From the NCBI GenBank assembly GCA_000004985.1, contig GG738962.1: a DNA stretch of 18,095 nt; one strand, written 5' to 3'. Shown here piece by piece: positions 7,479 through 17,418 of this stretch. Numbering within the stretch: position 1 is the first letter of the stretch; each line of letters starts with the position of its first letter. A program made the position numbers and the translations under genes. The notes under the pieces were generated by a model. That model was given only the letters and a program-made list of their open reading frames with translations, did no database searches and was not told the DNA's origin. The DNA comes from Naegleria gruberi. Taxonomy: Eukaryota.

Positions 7479-8177
7479 ATGCAAAAATCAAACTTTTACG
7501 AAGAACCAATCGGAGAATCGGTCGTGATCAAGCTAGATCATCACATCGGATCACGTTCACTCACTAATTTCTATCGGAATGATGCCAAATTTCAAAGTCC
7601 TTTGATTTCCTTCACTCAATATTATCAATTATTTAGAGGAGAATTGAAGACTCATCGAAGTCCAAAATTAATATTTAGAGCGAGTAGGGATGGATTTTCA
7701 GAGGTGGAATTTCGTAAACGTTGCGAAGATCAGGGGAAAATTGTAATTATTGTTAAATCTAAAGGAGGAGATTTATTTGGAGGATATACGACAGAAACTT
7801 TGAAACTTGATCAAAGAGGAAGTAATGTAAAGGATGAGGAATCATTTACGTTTAGATTTGATGATAATACATTGTATATTTTCAGATTAATGCATGACCA
7901 CAATATTCATGCATTGTACAGATATAGCTCATTGTATTTGTTTGCATTTGGTTATTGCTTTTGGGTGTGTGGTGATGCAAATACATCTACCTATTCTAGT
8001 TCACACAATGCCACCCAGGATTACATTTTACCAGAGTGCAAATTACCACAGAGAGAGATTAATCAAGTATTTGATGATGAATTCCCTAATAATATAGTCC
8101 CTGATGAAAAGAGACAATATTTTGGAGGATTCAATTTCCTAGTTGAAGATTTCGAAGTTTACAAAGTGGTGGAATGA
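7479..8177 (+). CDS. TLDc-domain protein of 232 aa. Motifs: KLIFRASRDGFSEVEFRKRCEDQGKIVIIVKSKGGDLFGGYT...ESFTFRF...FGYCFW...FEVYKV.
   Basis: A single ORF with an aaaaaaaATG start. It shows the conserved TLDc signature (L-hy-[FY]RAS-DG-S---F---C-----ti-hhk----hFGG[YF]-----W------G----F-F) and a C-terminal hydrophobic-EV[WY] motif, as in the OXR1/NCOA7/TBC1D24-family TLDc domains. An AATAAA lies at 8203-8208. Confidence 0.8.
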   Translation: MQKSNFYEEPIGESVVIKLDHHIGSRSLTNFYRNDAKFQSPLISFTQYYQLFRGELKTHRSPKLIFRASRDGFSEVEFRKRCEDQGKIVIIVKSKGGDLFGGYTTETLKLDQRGSNVKDEESFTFRFDDNTLYIFRLMHDHNIHALYRYSSLYLFAFGYCFWVCGDANTSTYSSSHNATQDYILPECKLPQREINQVFDDEFPNNIVPDEKRQYFGGFNFLVEDFEVYKVVE

Positions 8178-8361
8178 ATTGTAAACAAAATTGATGGTGC
8201 GCAATAAATTGGTCAGAATGCCGAATCCTTTCTTTTTTCACACTAATTAATTCATTGTAAGTTACTTCCAGGAGATTGTTTCGGAGCCCATACGGAGTAA
8301 AAAACAGGTCTAAAAAAACAGTCCATAGATTTCGAATGGACTAATTCTCTCATCAAAAAAA

Positions 8362-9066
8362 ATGAAGTCAATTCAACCGAGAACATTAGTTGCATGCACA
8401 TTTCTATTATTGTGCGCCTGTATGTGTGCATGTGCTCGTATCAGAGAACTAGAAGGTGATTTCTTCTATTCTATCTCATTCAGTTCATCCACTTGTCAAC
8501 CAGAAACTATTCAATCAATTGGTTTAAATAAGATTATCTCACCATTGAATCCATCACAACCACTAAATGGATCATGTTTCGAAAGAACTGGTTATGAATA
8601 TGGTTATGCCAAATATGAATGCAATTCTAGAACAGCCACCATTAAGAATTTATGTAAGAAAGGTTGCAAGGATTGTGTCGACAATAGTAGCTACGAATTG
8701 TATCAATGTAATTCACTCAATGAAATGTATGGATGTGGTAAATTGCCTGATTTTGTGGTCAATTCAGAAAAGTATGGAATTAAATTGTTGTGGACATTGA
8801 ATTATCAACTCCACTTGAATGCAAAGGATAATCAATGTGGAAGAACAGGTAATGACATGTTAGTTGGTGCTTCTGCTTATAGAACTGACTCTTGCTTTGA
8901 CATGTATGAATATACACAAATGTATAGATGCAACTCAACTGATTTCTCCTCTATTAAGTATGCTCCTCGTAATATTAGTCCACAATGCACTAATTTTGAT
9001 AGTCAACAAATTGGTAAGATTGGTGCTTGTTCTCAAAATGATAATTCTCTTTCACTTTGCAATTAA
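8362..9066 (+). CDS. Secreted cysteine-rich protein of 234 aa. It has an N-terminal hydrophobic signal peptide (LVACTFLLLCACMCACA), then 14 Cys and several N-x-S/T sequons in the mature region. No recognisable family.
   Basis: A single ORF with an aaaaaaaATG start. It has a signal-peptide-like h-region, an even number of Cys in the mature part, and an AATAAA at 9098-9103. Confidence 0.65.
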   Translation: MKSIQPRTLVACTFLLLCACMCACARIRELEGDFFYSISFSSSTCQPETIQSIGLNKIISPLNPSQPLNGSCFERTGYEYGYAKYECNSRTATIKNLCKKGCKDCVDNSSYELYQCNSLNEMYGCGKLPDFVVNSEKYGIKLLWTLNYQLHLNAKDNQCGRTGNDMLVGASAYRTDSCFDMYEYTQMYRCNSTDFSSIKYAPRNISPQCTNFDSQQIGKIGACSQNDNSLSLCN

Positions 9067-9094
9067 ACATCTTCCTATTTCAATTTAACTTATT

Positions 9095-9187
9095 CGAAAT
9101 AAACCCGTATAAAAAATTATTCAGTAATATTCGGTCGCATCATTCTTACATGCAAAAAATATCTTTGGACACACCTATTCGTAGTTG
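9095..9187. repeat. Copy 1 of a roughly 93-bp direct repeat. It contains cgaaataaacccgtataaaaaattattcagtaatattcggtcgcat...ctttggacacacc.
   Basis: About 95% identical to 9333-9425, with roughly 5 mismatches, and offset by exactly 238 bp. Confidence 0.85.
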
Positions 9188-9332
9188 TAAGAACTTGTGG
9201 CGTTATGAAGAAAACACCAACCAGACTCTATAGAGCCATGGCCACTTATGGTATGGGAATTGGTTATGGCTACCATCCTTACGCTTTCCATAATGCCTGC
9301 AATGGTTATTCTTCAACAGTTACTGTTATATA

Positions 9333-9425
9333 CGAAATAAACCCGTATAAAAAATTATTCAGTAATATTCGGTCGCATTATTCTTCCATGCAAAAAATAT
9401 CTTTGGACACACCGATTCTTAGTGA
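9333..9425. repeat. Copy 2 of the roughly 93-bp direct repeat. Together with copy 1 it forms about 1.4 copies of a 238-bp tandem unit (9095-9425).
   Basis: Aligned by eye: the segments atattcggtcgcat and atatctttggacacacc are identical, with point differences (catcattcttacatg vs cattattcttccatg; cctattcgtagt vs ccgattcttagt). Confidence 0.85.
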
Positions 9426-9745
9426 TTAGGAATCTACAAGAACTTGGAAAAATATTTCAAAAATATTGAAACAACATCAGGTACATCACGACTCTGTTGA
9501 TTCTTGGAGTGATTTCACATCTATTAACTCCAAGAATTTCACCACATCATCTCATCATGATTTAAATAACAGTATTAATAGTAATTTTTGGAATTTAATT
9601 CTTCATCATGATTTGGAAATAATTTTATTATTTGGAAAAATTCAAGTTGGTACATCATCATCGAAACAACTACCAACCATCATCATTGTTATTTATCATC
9701 ATTATAATAGTAATATTTGCGGAAATAAATCTGATAATAGTAATA

Positions 9746-9775
9746 TTTTAGTGAAATTTAATATTTTCACTAAAA
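9746..9775. other. Palindrome ttttagtgaaa-tttaatat-tttcactaaaa (11-bp arms), inside a low-complexity block that also carries a 15-nt direct repeat (ataatagtaatattt at 9704-9718 and 9734-9748).
   Basis: Arms are exact reverse complements, read from the sequence. Confidence 0.5.
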
Positions 9776-9969
9776 TCATCATCACTGCCAGATTCACATG
9801 ATAATTTGGAAAACTTTCAATCTAGTATTGTTCAGCATGGTCGATTCCATCAGGTAAAATAACTTCCGAACATTTCCCTATTGGTTATCATGATGTTAGG
9901 TACATGTATATTTTCATGTACATAGACTATATCTCAACATGTACTTCACCAACTTGGAAAATGTCTTCA

Positions 9970-10019
9970 NNNNNNNNNNNNNNNNNNNNNNNNNNNNNNN
10001 NNNNNNNNNNNNNNNNNNN
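9970..10019. other. Assembly gap (50 N). An isolated n is also present at 10182.
   Basis: Run of n characters. Confidence 1.
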
Positions 10020-10522
10020 ATCATGATTGTTTGGAAATGTTGTACAAATTTTGGACACTCCCTGAATTGAAATCAGGAAGAAAGAGTCTAATATTTAACA
10101 CCATATAAAATATGACTTTTAACGATGGTTTTGGTCTTATTGGTTGTTCCTCAAATATTGGAAAAGGAGAATGATAAACACNCTTTTCTCAACATATCCT
10201 TTATTTATGGAAGTTATGACCATAAGAATGAATTTCGCATTACCAAACCATGCGAATTTATTTAGTATGAATTTATTCGCATAAATTTTATTCGAATATA
10301 ATTGCCTGGAACAATGAATTTAGGTTTAATTATTCCAACTAAAATTTCACAGTTGGATCTCAATTTCTAGCATTTCCTTAAAATCTTATTCATCAGGATC
10401 TATTAAGAATATCTTCTCCTCTATCGCTCCGCAATTTACTTAATAGGGCTCTTTCATAGTTCCCATTCTTGAACTTTTCACAACAATAATAACAATATCT
10501 TCAGCTCATTCCATATGGACAC

Positions 10523-11182
10523 TCACTTTGTAGTTAGGGTGCTGCTTTGCATTGAGGTTCTTCTGGTGACTAGTCTGGTTTTTGAACTTCGGTTTCTTTT
10601 TGGGGCTATTTGATAGACCTCTGAGGCTAATTCCAATCCCTTCTTTACATACTGACTCTGATGATGGTGTGTGGGTGATAATTGTTTTCGTTGAAAGTAC
10701 AAGGAAGGACTTGATAAATCCTTATGAGGAGAAGTATTTGGGCTTGATGGACTAGTATTAAGGTTCTTGGTTTTTGAAAAGACAGCTGATGATTTCTGCT
10801 CAATAAATATCCCAGGTGGAGGAGTCTTATTTAAATTATTCAAAGGACTCATCGACATGGTCAATACTCCTCCTCCTGTTCTACTATGCAAAGGTGATGC
10901 ATTATATTTACTTCTCATGGCTGCTGCAGCTGCATTATTAGAAGGTGATGAATGTCGGGTAGGAACAGGTGATGATTCCTCAGAGCTAGCAATGCTCATT
11001 CCATCACTACACTGTGAATCAGTATCGCAAACAGCATATCGATTATTCTGATGATATTGTGAGGGCAGTGATCCAAGCGTTGCCGTTGAGGGAAGTTTAA
11101 AATTAGATAGCATTTGAAGATTATTGTTTGAATCGATTCGCCGAGATCCCATCCGTGAGAGATTTTGTTTTGGTGGTGGCAT
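10523..11182 (-). CDS. Ser/Pro/Asn-rich protein of 219 aa that is probably intrinsically disordered. It has a poly-Ala tract (NNAAAAAM), repeated SP/TP motifs, and a basic C-terminus (KRNRSSKTRLVTRRTS). Function unknown.
   Basis: A 660-nt ORF that is unlikely by chance in AT-rich DNA. The ATG sits in an aaaaaaaaaATG context on the minus strand. There is no recognisable domain. Additional exons downstream cannot be excluded. Confidence 0.45.
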   Translation of the reverse strand: MPPPKQNLSRMGSRRIDSNNNLQMLSNFKLPSTATLGSLPSQYHQNNRYAVCDTDSQCSDGMSIASSEESSPVPTRHSSPSNNAAAAAMRSKYNASPLHSRTGGGVLTMSMSPLNNLNKTPPPGIFIEQKSSAVFSKTKNLNTSPSSPNTSPHKDLSSPSLYFQRKQLSPTHHHQSQYVKKGLELASEVYQIAPKRNRSSKTRLVTRRTSMQSSTLTTK

Positions 11183-11280
11183 TTTTTTTTACTAAGGGAA
11201 TCTAAGCGCAAGAGACCAATTTGAATGTGAACGCGCACATATCGAAGTTATCAAGAAGATTCTGCTCCTTCTCGAAAATG

Positions 11281-11303
11281 CGATTTGATTTGATTTGATT
11301 TGG
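11281..11303. repeat. Pentanucleotide microsatellite (gattt)4.
   Basis: gatttgatttgatttgattt read directly. Confidence 0.8.
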
Positions 11304-11445
11304 TCATTTACTTCTTATTAAGGCTTTTGGATTTAGAAATTACAAAAATTTTTTTTATATATAAATTACAAATTAAAAATAGTTCTTGTGAATTGACCAA
11401 TGGAATGAGGCAATACGGAGAGGAATCTTTCGGAGGCATATCGAA

Positions 11446-14400
11446 NNNNNNNNNNNNNNNNNNNNNNNNNNNNNNNNNNNNNNNNNNNNNNNNNNNNNNN
11501 NNNNNNNNNNNNNNNNNNNNNNNNNNNNNNNNNNNNNNNNNNNNNNNNNNNNNNNNNNNNNNNNNNNNNNNNNNNNNNNNNNNNNNNNNNNNNNNNNNNN
11601 NNNNNNNNNNNNNNNNNNNNNNNNNNNNNNNNNNNNNNNNNNNNNNNNNNNNNNNNNNNNNNNNNNNNNNNNNNNNNNNNNNNNNNNNNNNNNNNNNNNN
11701 NNNNNNNNNNNNNNNNNNNNNNNNNNNNNNNNNNNNNNNNNNNNNNNNNNNNNNNNNNNNNNNNNNNNNNNNNNNNNNNNNNNNNNNNNNNNNNNNNNNN
11801 NNNNNNNNNNNNNNNNNNNNNNNNNNNNNNNNNNNNNNNNNNNNNNNNNNNNNNNNNNNNNNNNNNNNNNNNNNNNNNNNNNNNNNNNNNNNNNNNNNNN
11901 NNNNNNNNNNNNNNNNNNNNNNNNNNNNNNNNNNNNNNNNNNNNNNNNNNNNNNNNNNNNNNNNNNNNNNNNNNNNNNNNNNNNNNNNNNNNNNNNNNNN
12001 NNNNNNNNNNNNNNNNNNNNNNNNNNNNNNNNNNNNNNNNNNNNNNNNNNNNNNNNNNNNNNNNNNNNNNNNNNNNNNNNNNNNNNNNNNNNNNNNNNNN
12101 NNNNNNNNNNNNNNNNNNNNNNNNNNNNNNNNNNNNNNNNNNNNNNNNNNNNNNNNNNNNNNNNNNNNNNNNNNNNNNNNNNNNNNNNNNNNNNNNNNNN
12201 NNNNNNNNNNNNNNNNNNNNNNNNNNNNNNNNNNNNNNNNNNNNNNNNNNNNNNNNNNNNNNNNNNNNNNNNNNNNNNNNNNNNNNNNNNNNNNNNNNNN
12301 NNNNNNNNNNNNNNNNNNNNNNNNNNNNNNNNNNNNNNNNNNNNNNNNNNNNNNNNNNNNNNNNNNNNNNNNNNNNNNNNNNNNNNNNNNNNNNNNNNNN
12401 NNNNNNNNNNNNNNNNNNNNNNNNNNNNNNNNNNNNNNNNNNNNNNNNNNNNNNNNNNNNNNNNNNNNNNNNNNNNNNNNNNNNNNNNNNNNNNNNNNNN
12501 NNNNNNNNNNNNNNNNNNNNNNNNNNNNNNNNNNNNNNNNNNNNNNNNNNNNNNNNNNNNNNNNNNNNNNNNNNNNNNNNNNNNNNNNNNNNNNNNNNNN
12601 NNNNNNNNNNNNNNNNNNNNNNNNNNNNNNNNNNNNNNNNNNNNNNNNNNNNNNNNNNNNNNNNNNNNNNNNNNNNNNNNNNNNNNNNNNNNNNNNNNNN
12701 NNNNNNNNNNNNNNNNNNNNNNNNNNNNNNNNNNNNNNNNNNNNNNNNNNNNNNNNNNNNNNNNNNNNNNNNNNNNNNNNNNNNNNNNNNNNNNNNNNNN
12801 NNNNNNNNNNNNNNNNNNNNNNNNNNNNNNNNNNNNNNNNNNNNNNNNNNNNNNNNNNNNNNNNNNNNNNNNNNNNNNNNNNNNNNNNNNNNNNNNNNNN
12901 NNNNNNNNNNNNNNNNNNNNNNNNNNNNNNNNNNNNNNNNNNNNNNNNNNNNNNNNNNNNNNNNNNNNNNNNNNNNNNNNNNNNNNNNNNNNNNNNNNNN
13001 NNNNNNNNNNNNNNNNNNNNNNNNNNNNNNNNNNNNNNNNNNNNNNNNNNNNNNNNNNNNNNNNNNNNNNNNNNNNNNNNNNNNNNNNNNNNNNNNNNNN
13101 NNNNNNNNNNNNNNNNNNNNNNNNNNNNNNNNNNNNNNNNNNNNNNNNNNNNNNNNNNNNNNNNNNNNNNNNNNNNNNNNNNNNNNNNNNNNNNNNNNNN
13201 NNNNNNNNNNNNNNNNNNNNNNNNNNNNNNNNNNNNNNNNNNNNNNNNNNNNNNNNNNNNNNNNNNNNNNNNNNNNNNNNNNNNNNNNNNNNNNNNNNNN
13301 NNNNNNNNNNNNNNNNNNNNNNNNNNNNNNNNNNNNNNNNNNNNNNNNNNNNNNNNNNNNNNNNNNNNNNNNNNNNNNNNNNNNNNNNNNNNNNNNNNNN
13401 NNNNNNNNNNNNNNNNNNNNNNNNNNNNNNNNNNNNNNNNNNNNNNNNNNNNNNNNNNNNNNNNNNNNNNNNNNNNNNNNNNNNNNNNNNNNNNNNNNNN
13501 NNNNNNNNNNNNNNNNNNNNNNNNNNNNNNNNNNNNNNNNNNNNNNNNNNNNNNNNNNNNNNNNNNNNNNNNNNNNNNNNNNNNNNNNNNNNNNNNNNNN
13601 NNNNNNNNNNNNNNNNNNNNNNNNNNNNNNNNNNNNNNNNNNNNNNNNNNNNNNNNNNNNNNNNNNNNNNNNNNNNNNNNNNNNNNNNNNNNNNNNNNNN
13701 NNNNNNNNNNNNNNNNNNNNNNNNNNNNNNNNNNNNNNNNNNNNNNNNNNNNNNNNNNNNNNNNNNNNNNNNNNNNNNNNNNNNNNNNNNNNNNNNNNNN
13801 NNNNNNNNNNNNNNNNNNNNNNNNNNNNNNNNNNNNNNNNNNNNNNNNNNNNNNNNNNNNNNNNNNNNNNNNNNNNNNNNNNNNNNNNNNNNNNNNNNNN
13901 NNNNNNNNNNNNNNNNNNNNNNNNNNNNNNNNNNNNNNNNNNNNNNNNNNNNNNNNNNNNNNNNNNNNNNNNNNNNNNNNNNNNNNNNNNNNNNNNNNNN
14001 NNNNNNNNNNNNNNNNNNNNNNNNNNNNNNNNNNNNNNNNNNNNNNNNNNNNNNNNNNNNNNNNNNNNNNNNNNNNNNNNNNNNNNNNNNNNNNNNNNNN
14101 NNNNNNNNNNNNNNNNNNNNNNNNNNNNNNNNNNNNNNNNNNNNNNNNNNNNNNNNNNNNNNNNNNNNNNNNNNNNNNNNNNNNNNNNNNNNNNNNNNNN
14201 NNNNNNNNNNNNNNNNNNNNNNNNNNNNNNNNNNNNNNNNNNNNNNNNNNNNNNNNNNNNNNNNNNNNNNNNNNNNNNNNNNNNNNNNNNNNNNNNNNNN
14301 NNNNNNNNNNNNNNNNNNNNNNNNNNNNNNNNNNNNNNNNNNNNNNNNNNNNNNNNNNNNNNNNNNNNNNNNNNNNNNNNNNNNNNNNNNNNNNNNNNNN

Positions 14401-16340
14401 NNNNNNNNNNNNNNNNNNNNNNNNNNNNNNNNNNNNNNNNNNNNNNNNNNNNNNNNNNNNNNNNNNNNNNNNNNNNNNNNNNNNNNNNNNNNNNNNNNNN
14501 NNNNNNNNNNNNNNNNNNNNNNNNNNNNNNNNNNNNNNNNNNNNNNNNNNNNNNNNNNNNNNNNNNNNNNNNNNNNNNNNNNNNNNNNNNNNNNNNNNNN
14601 NNNNNNNNNNNNNNNNNNNNNNNNNNNNNNNNNNNNNNNNNNNNNNNNNNNNNNNNNNNNNNNNNNNNNNNNNNNNNNNNNNNNNNNNNNNNNNNNNNNN
14701 NNNNNNNNNNNNNNNNNNNNNNNNNNNNNNNNNNNNNNNNNNNNNNNNNNNNNNNNNNNNNNNNNNNNNNNNNNNNNNNNNNNNNNNNNNNNNNNNNNNN
14801 NNNNNNNNNNNNNNNNNNNNNNNNNNNNNNNNNNNNNNNNNNNNNNNNNNNNNNNNNNNNNNNNNNNNNNNNNNNNNNNNNNNNNNNNNNNNNNNNNNNN
14901 NNNNNNNNNNNNNNNNNNNNNNNNNNNNNNNNNNNNNNNNNNNNNNNNNNNNNNNNNNNNNNNNNNNNNNNNNNNNNNNNNNNNNNNNNNNNNNNNNNNN
15001 NNNNNNNNNNNNNNNNNNNNNNNNNNNNNNNNNNNNNNNNNNNNNNNNNNNNNNNNNNNNNNNNNNNNNNNNNNNNNNNNNNNNNNNNNNNNNNNNNNNN
15101 NNNNNNNNNNNNNNNNNNNNNNNNNNNNNNNNNNNNNNNNNNNNNNNNNNNNNNNNNNNNNNNNNNNNNNNNNNNNNNNNNNNNNNNNNNNNNNNNNNNN
15201 NNNNNNNNNNNNNNNNNNNNNNNNNNNNNNNNNNNNNNNNNNNNNNNNNNNNNNNNNNNNNNNNNNNNNNNNNNNNNNNNNNNNNNNNNNNNNNNNNNNN
15301 NNNNNNNNNNNNNNNNNNNNNNNNNNNNNNNNNNNNNNNNNNNNNNNNNNNNNNNNNNNNNNNNNNNNNNNNNNNNNNNNNNNNNNNNNNNNNNNNNNNN
15401 NNNNNNNNNNNNNNNNNNNNNNNNNNNNNNNNNNNNNNNNNNNNNNNNNNNNNNNNNNNNNNNNNNNNNNNNNNNNNNNNNNNNNNNNNNNNNNNNNNNN
15501 NNNNNNNNNNNNNNNNNNNNNNNNNNNNNNNNNNNNNNNNNNNNNNNNNNNNNNNNNNNNNNNNNNNNNNNNNNNNNNNNNNNNNNNNNNNNNNNNNNNN
15601 NNNNNNNNNNNNNNNNNNNNNNNNNNNNNNNNNNNNNNNNNNNNNNNNNNNNNNNNNNNNNNNNNNNNNNNNNNNNNNNNNNNNNNNNNNNNNNNNNNNN
15701 NNNNNNNNNNNNNNNNNNNNNNNNNNNNNNNNNNNNNNNNNNNNNNNNNNNNNNNNNNNNNNNNNNNNNNNNNNNNNNNNNNNNNNNNNNNNNNNNNNNN
15801 NNNNNNNNNNNNNNNNNNNNNNNNNNNNNNNNNNNNNNNNNNNNNNNNNNNNNNNNNNNNNNNNNNNNNNNNNNNNNNNNNNNNNNNNNNNNNNNNNNNN
15901 NNNNNNNNNNNNNNNNNNNNNNNNNNNNNNNNNNNNNNNNNNNNNNNNNNNNNNNNNNNNNNNNNNNNNNNNNNNNNNNNNNNNNNNNNNNNNNNNNNNN
16001 NNNNNNNNNNNNNNNNNNNNNNNNNNNNNNNNNNNNNNNNNNNNNNNNNNNNNNNNNNNNNNNNNNNNNNNNNNNNNNNNNNNNNNNNNNNNNNNNNNNN
16101 NNNNNNNNNNNNNNNNNNNNNNNNNNNNNNNNNNNNNNNNNNNNNNNNNNNNNNNNNNNNNNNNNNNNNNNNNNNNNNNNNNNNNNNNNNNNNNNNNNNN
16201 NNNNNNNNNNNNNNNNNNNNNNNNNNNNNNNNNNNNNNNNNNNNNNNNNNNNNNNNNNNNNNNNNNNNNNNNNNNNNNNNNNNNNNNNNNNNNNNNNNNN
16301 NNNNNNNNNNNNNNNNNNNNNNNNNNNNNNNNNNNNNNNN
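11446..16340. other. Assembly gap (4895 N). The very long six-frame ORFs reported across it (11300..16405, 11308..16488, 11366..17029) are artefacts of translating N as X.
   Basis: Run of n characters. Confidence 1.
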
Positions 16341-17029
16341 AGAGCGTATTGTTGTTGTTGTTGATAGTAGTGTTGGTAGGTGAGAGGAGAAGGAGGGAAT
16401 GGTAGAGGATATTGATTTGGATTAACATGCGCAGTCGGAGGAGGTCGAGGTGATATGGAAGGTTGTTGCTTTGGAAGAATTGGTACATGATGATGATGTT
16501 GTTGTTGGTGCGGATGAGGATGAGAATTAATTTGTTTTGTTTGTTGCATTAAAGTCTTTGGTAGAATATTCAGTGGTGTATTTGTTGCAACCGAATGAAT
16601 TCCATTAGTATTATTATTATTACTTAATAATTGAGGAGGTTTGGGAGCCAACGGAGGTTGATGATGAATATTAGTTGATGATGTATAATTATTATTATTA
16701 TTATTCTGTTGTTGTTGTTGAAGAGATGACAAGAAACCTCCATTACTATTATTCAAATTATTATTAATATTAATATTATTAGAGGAAGGATGTTGAATAT
16801 TAGGTCCAGCAGCAGCTGATATCAAATTATTATTATTCGAAGGAGAAGCAGAAACCTTTTGTTGGAGAACATCTTGAACGGTTTTTCTTCTTCTTCTCTG
16901 GTTGACTCTTGCTTTTGATTGTCTGTTGGTTGGTAAATCATCCCTCATATAGAAGGGAATGAAAGAGTTATTGTTATTATTGGATGAATCACAAGATTCG
17001 GATAAATCCTGTCTTGTGTGATGTGGCAT
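16341..17029 (-). CDS. N-terminal roughly 230 aa of a low-complexity N/Q/H/P-rich protein (MPHHTRQDLSESCDSSNNNNNS...QQQQQNNNNNNY...HPHPHQQQHHHH...PPSPLTYQHYYQQQQQYA). The gene continues into the 4.9-kb gap and its 3' part is not recoverable from this window.
   Basis: The frame is open from the ATG (rc 17027-17029) to the gap edge. It has poly-Asn/poly-Gln/poly-His tracts typical of nuclear regulatory proteins in AT-rich protists. It is divergently oriented with respect to gene 10. Confidence 0.55.
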
Positions 17030-17418
17030 GGGAAGTTATTAGATGGTATGCAAACATGCCAATCTTGGAAGTGGTTTGTGGAGAATGTTAGTTGGCTTTG
17101 TTTTTTTGTGATTTGTTTGAATATTCTTCTGTCAACAATTATTTCTTGAAATAGATTCTTGACGCGTGACAGCGATAGTTACCATGTGTTCATCGAAGGC
17201 TTAATGATCAATTGAAGTCAAGCCAAATGAATATTGTTCACCACTCAACAACATTAAGGACAGCATTTGTTCCTGAGTTCTCAATAAGAAATTACAACAA
17301 ACGAAACTAAACGAAAAACTATCTTTTCATTTCTTTAAATCTCAGAAAATACCTCCATTACGAAATGGTTTCAATTTATTATTAGAAACTGTCAATTTGA
17401 ACTGGAAGATTAAAAAAA
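17030..17418. promoter_or_regulatory. A 389-bp divergent intergenic region between the minus-strand N/Q-rich gene and plus-strand gene 10. It is a presumptive bidirectional promoter.
   Basis: Called from gene arrangement only. I recognise no specific motif. Confidence 0.3.

Noticed and set aside
5792-8097. Small internal or antisense ORFs (5792..5992 +, 7113..7331 -, 7894..8097 +).
   Set aside because: They are off-frame or antisense within the strongly supported ankyrin and TLDc coding regions.
8567-9088. ORFs 8567..8800 and 8864..9088 (+).
   Set aside because: They are alternative frames inside the Cys-rich secreted protein gene and lack coherent features.
9205-9429. A 74-aa Gly/Tyr-rich ORF between the two 93-bp repeat copies.
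   Set aside because: It is short, has no signal peptide or recognisable motif, and lies in what is probably the 3' flank of gene 7. It is kept only as a remark inside the duplication finding.
10235-10275. Hairpin atgcgaat...attcgcat (8-bp stem, roughly 17-nt loop) in the 3' flank of gene 8.
   Set aside because: It is a short AT-rich stem of a kind expected by chance in roughly 70% AT DNA, with no supporting context.
10767-11238. ORFs 10767..11051 (+) and 10996..11238 (-).
   Set aside because: They are antisense to or out of frame with the 219-aa S/P-rich ORF, and shorter than it.
11300-16488. Giant ORFs of 1700-1900 aa on both strands (11300..16405 +, 11308..16488 -, and the 11366..16340 part of the minus ORF).
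   Set aside because: They are artefacts of the 4895-N gap. Only the real sequence 16341-17029 on the minus strand is retained as a partial CDS.
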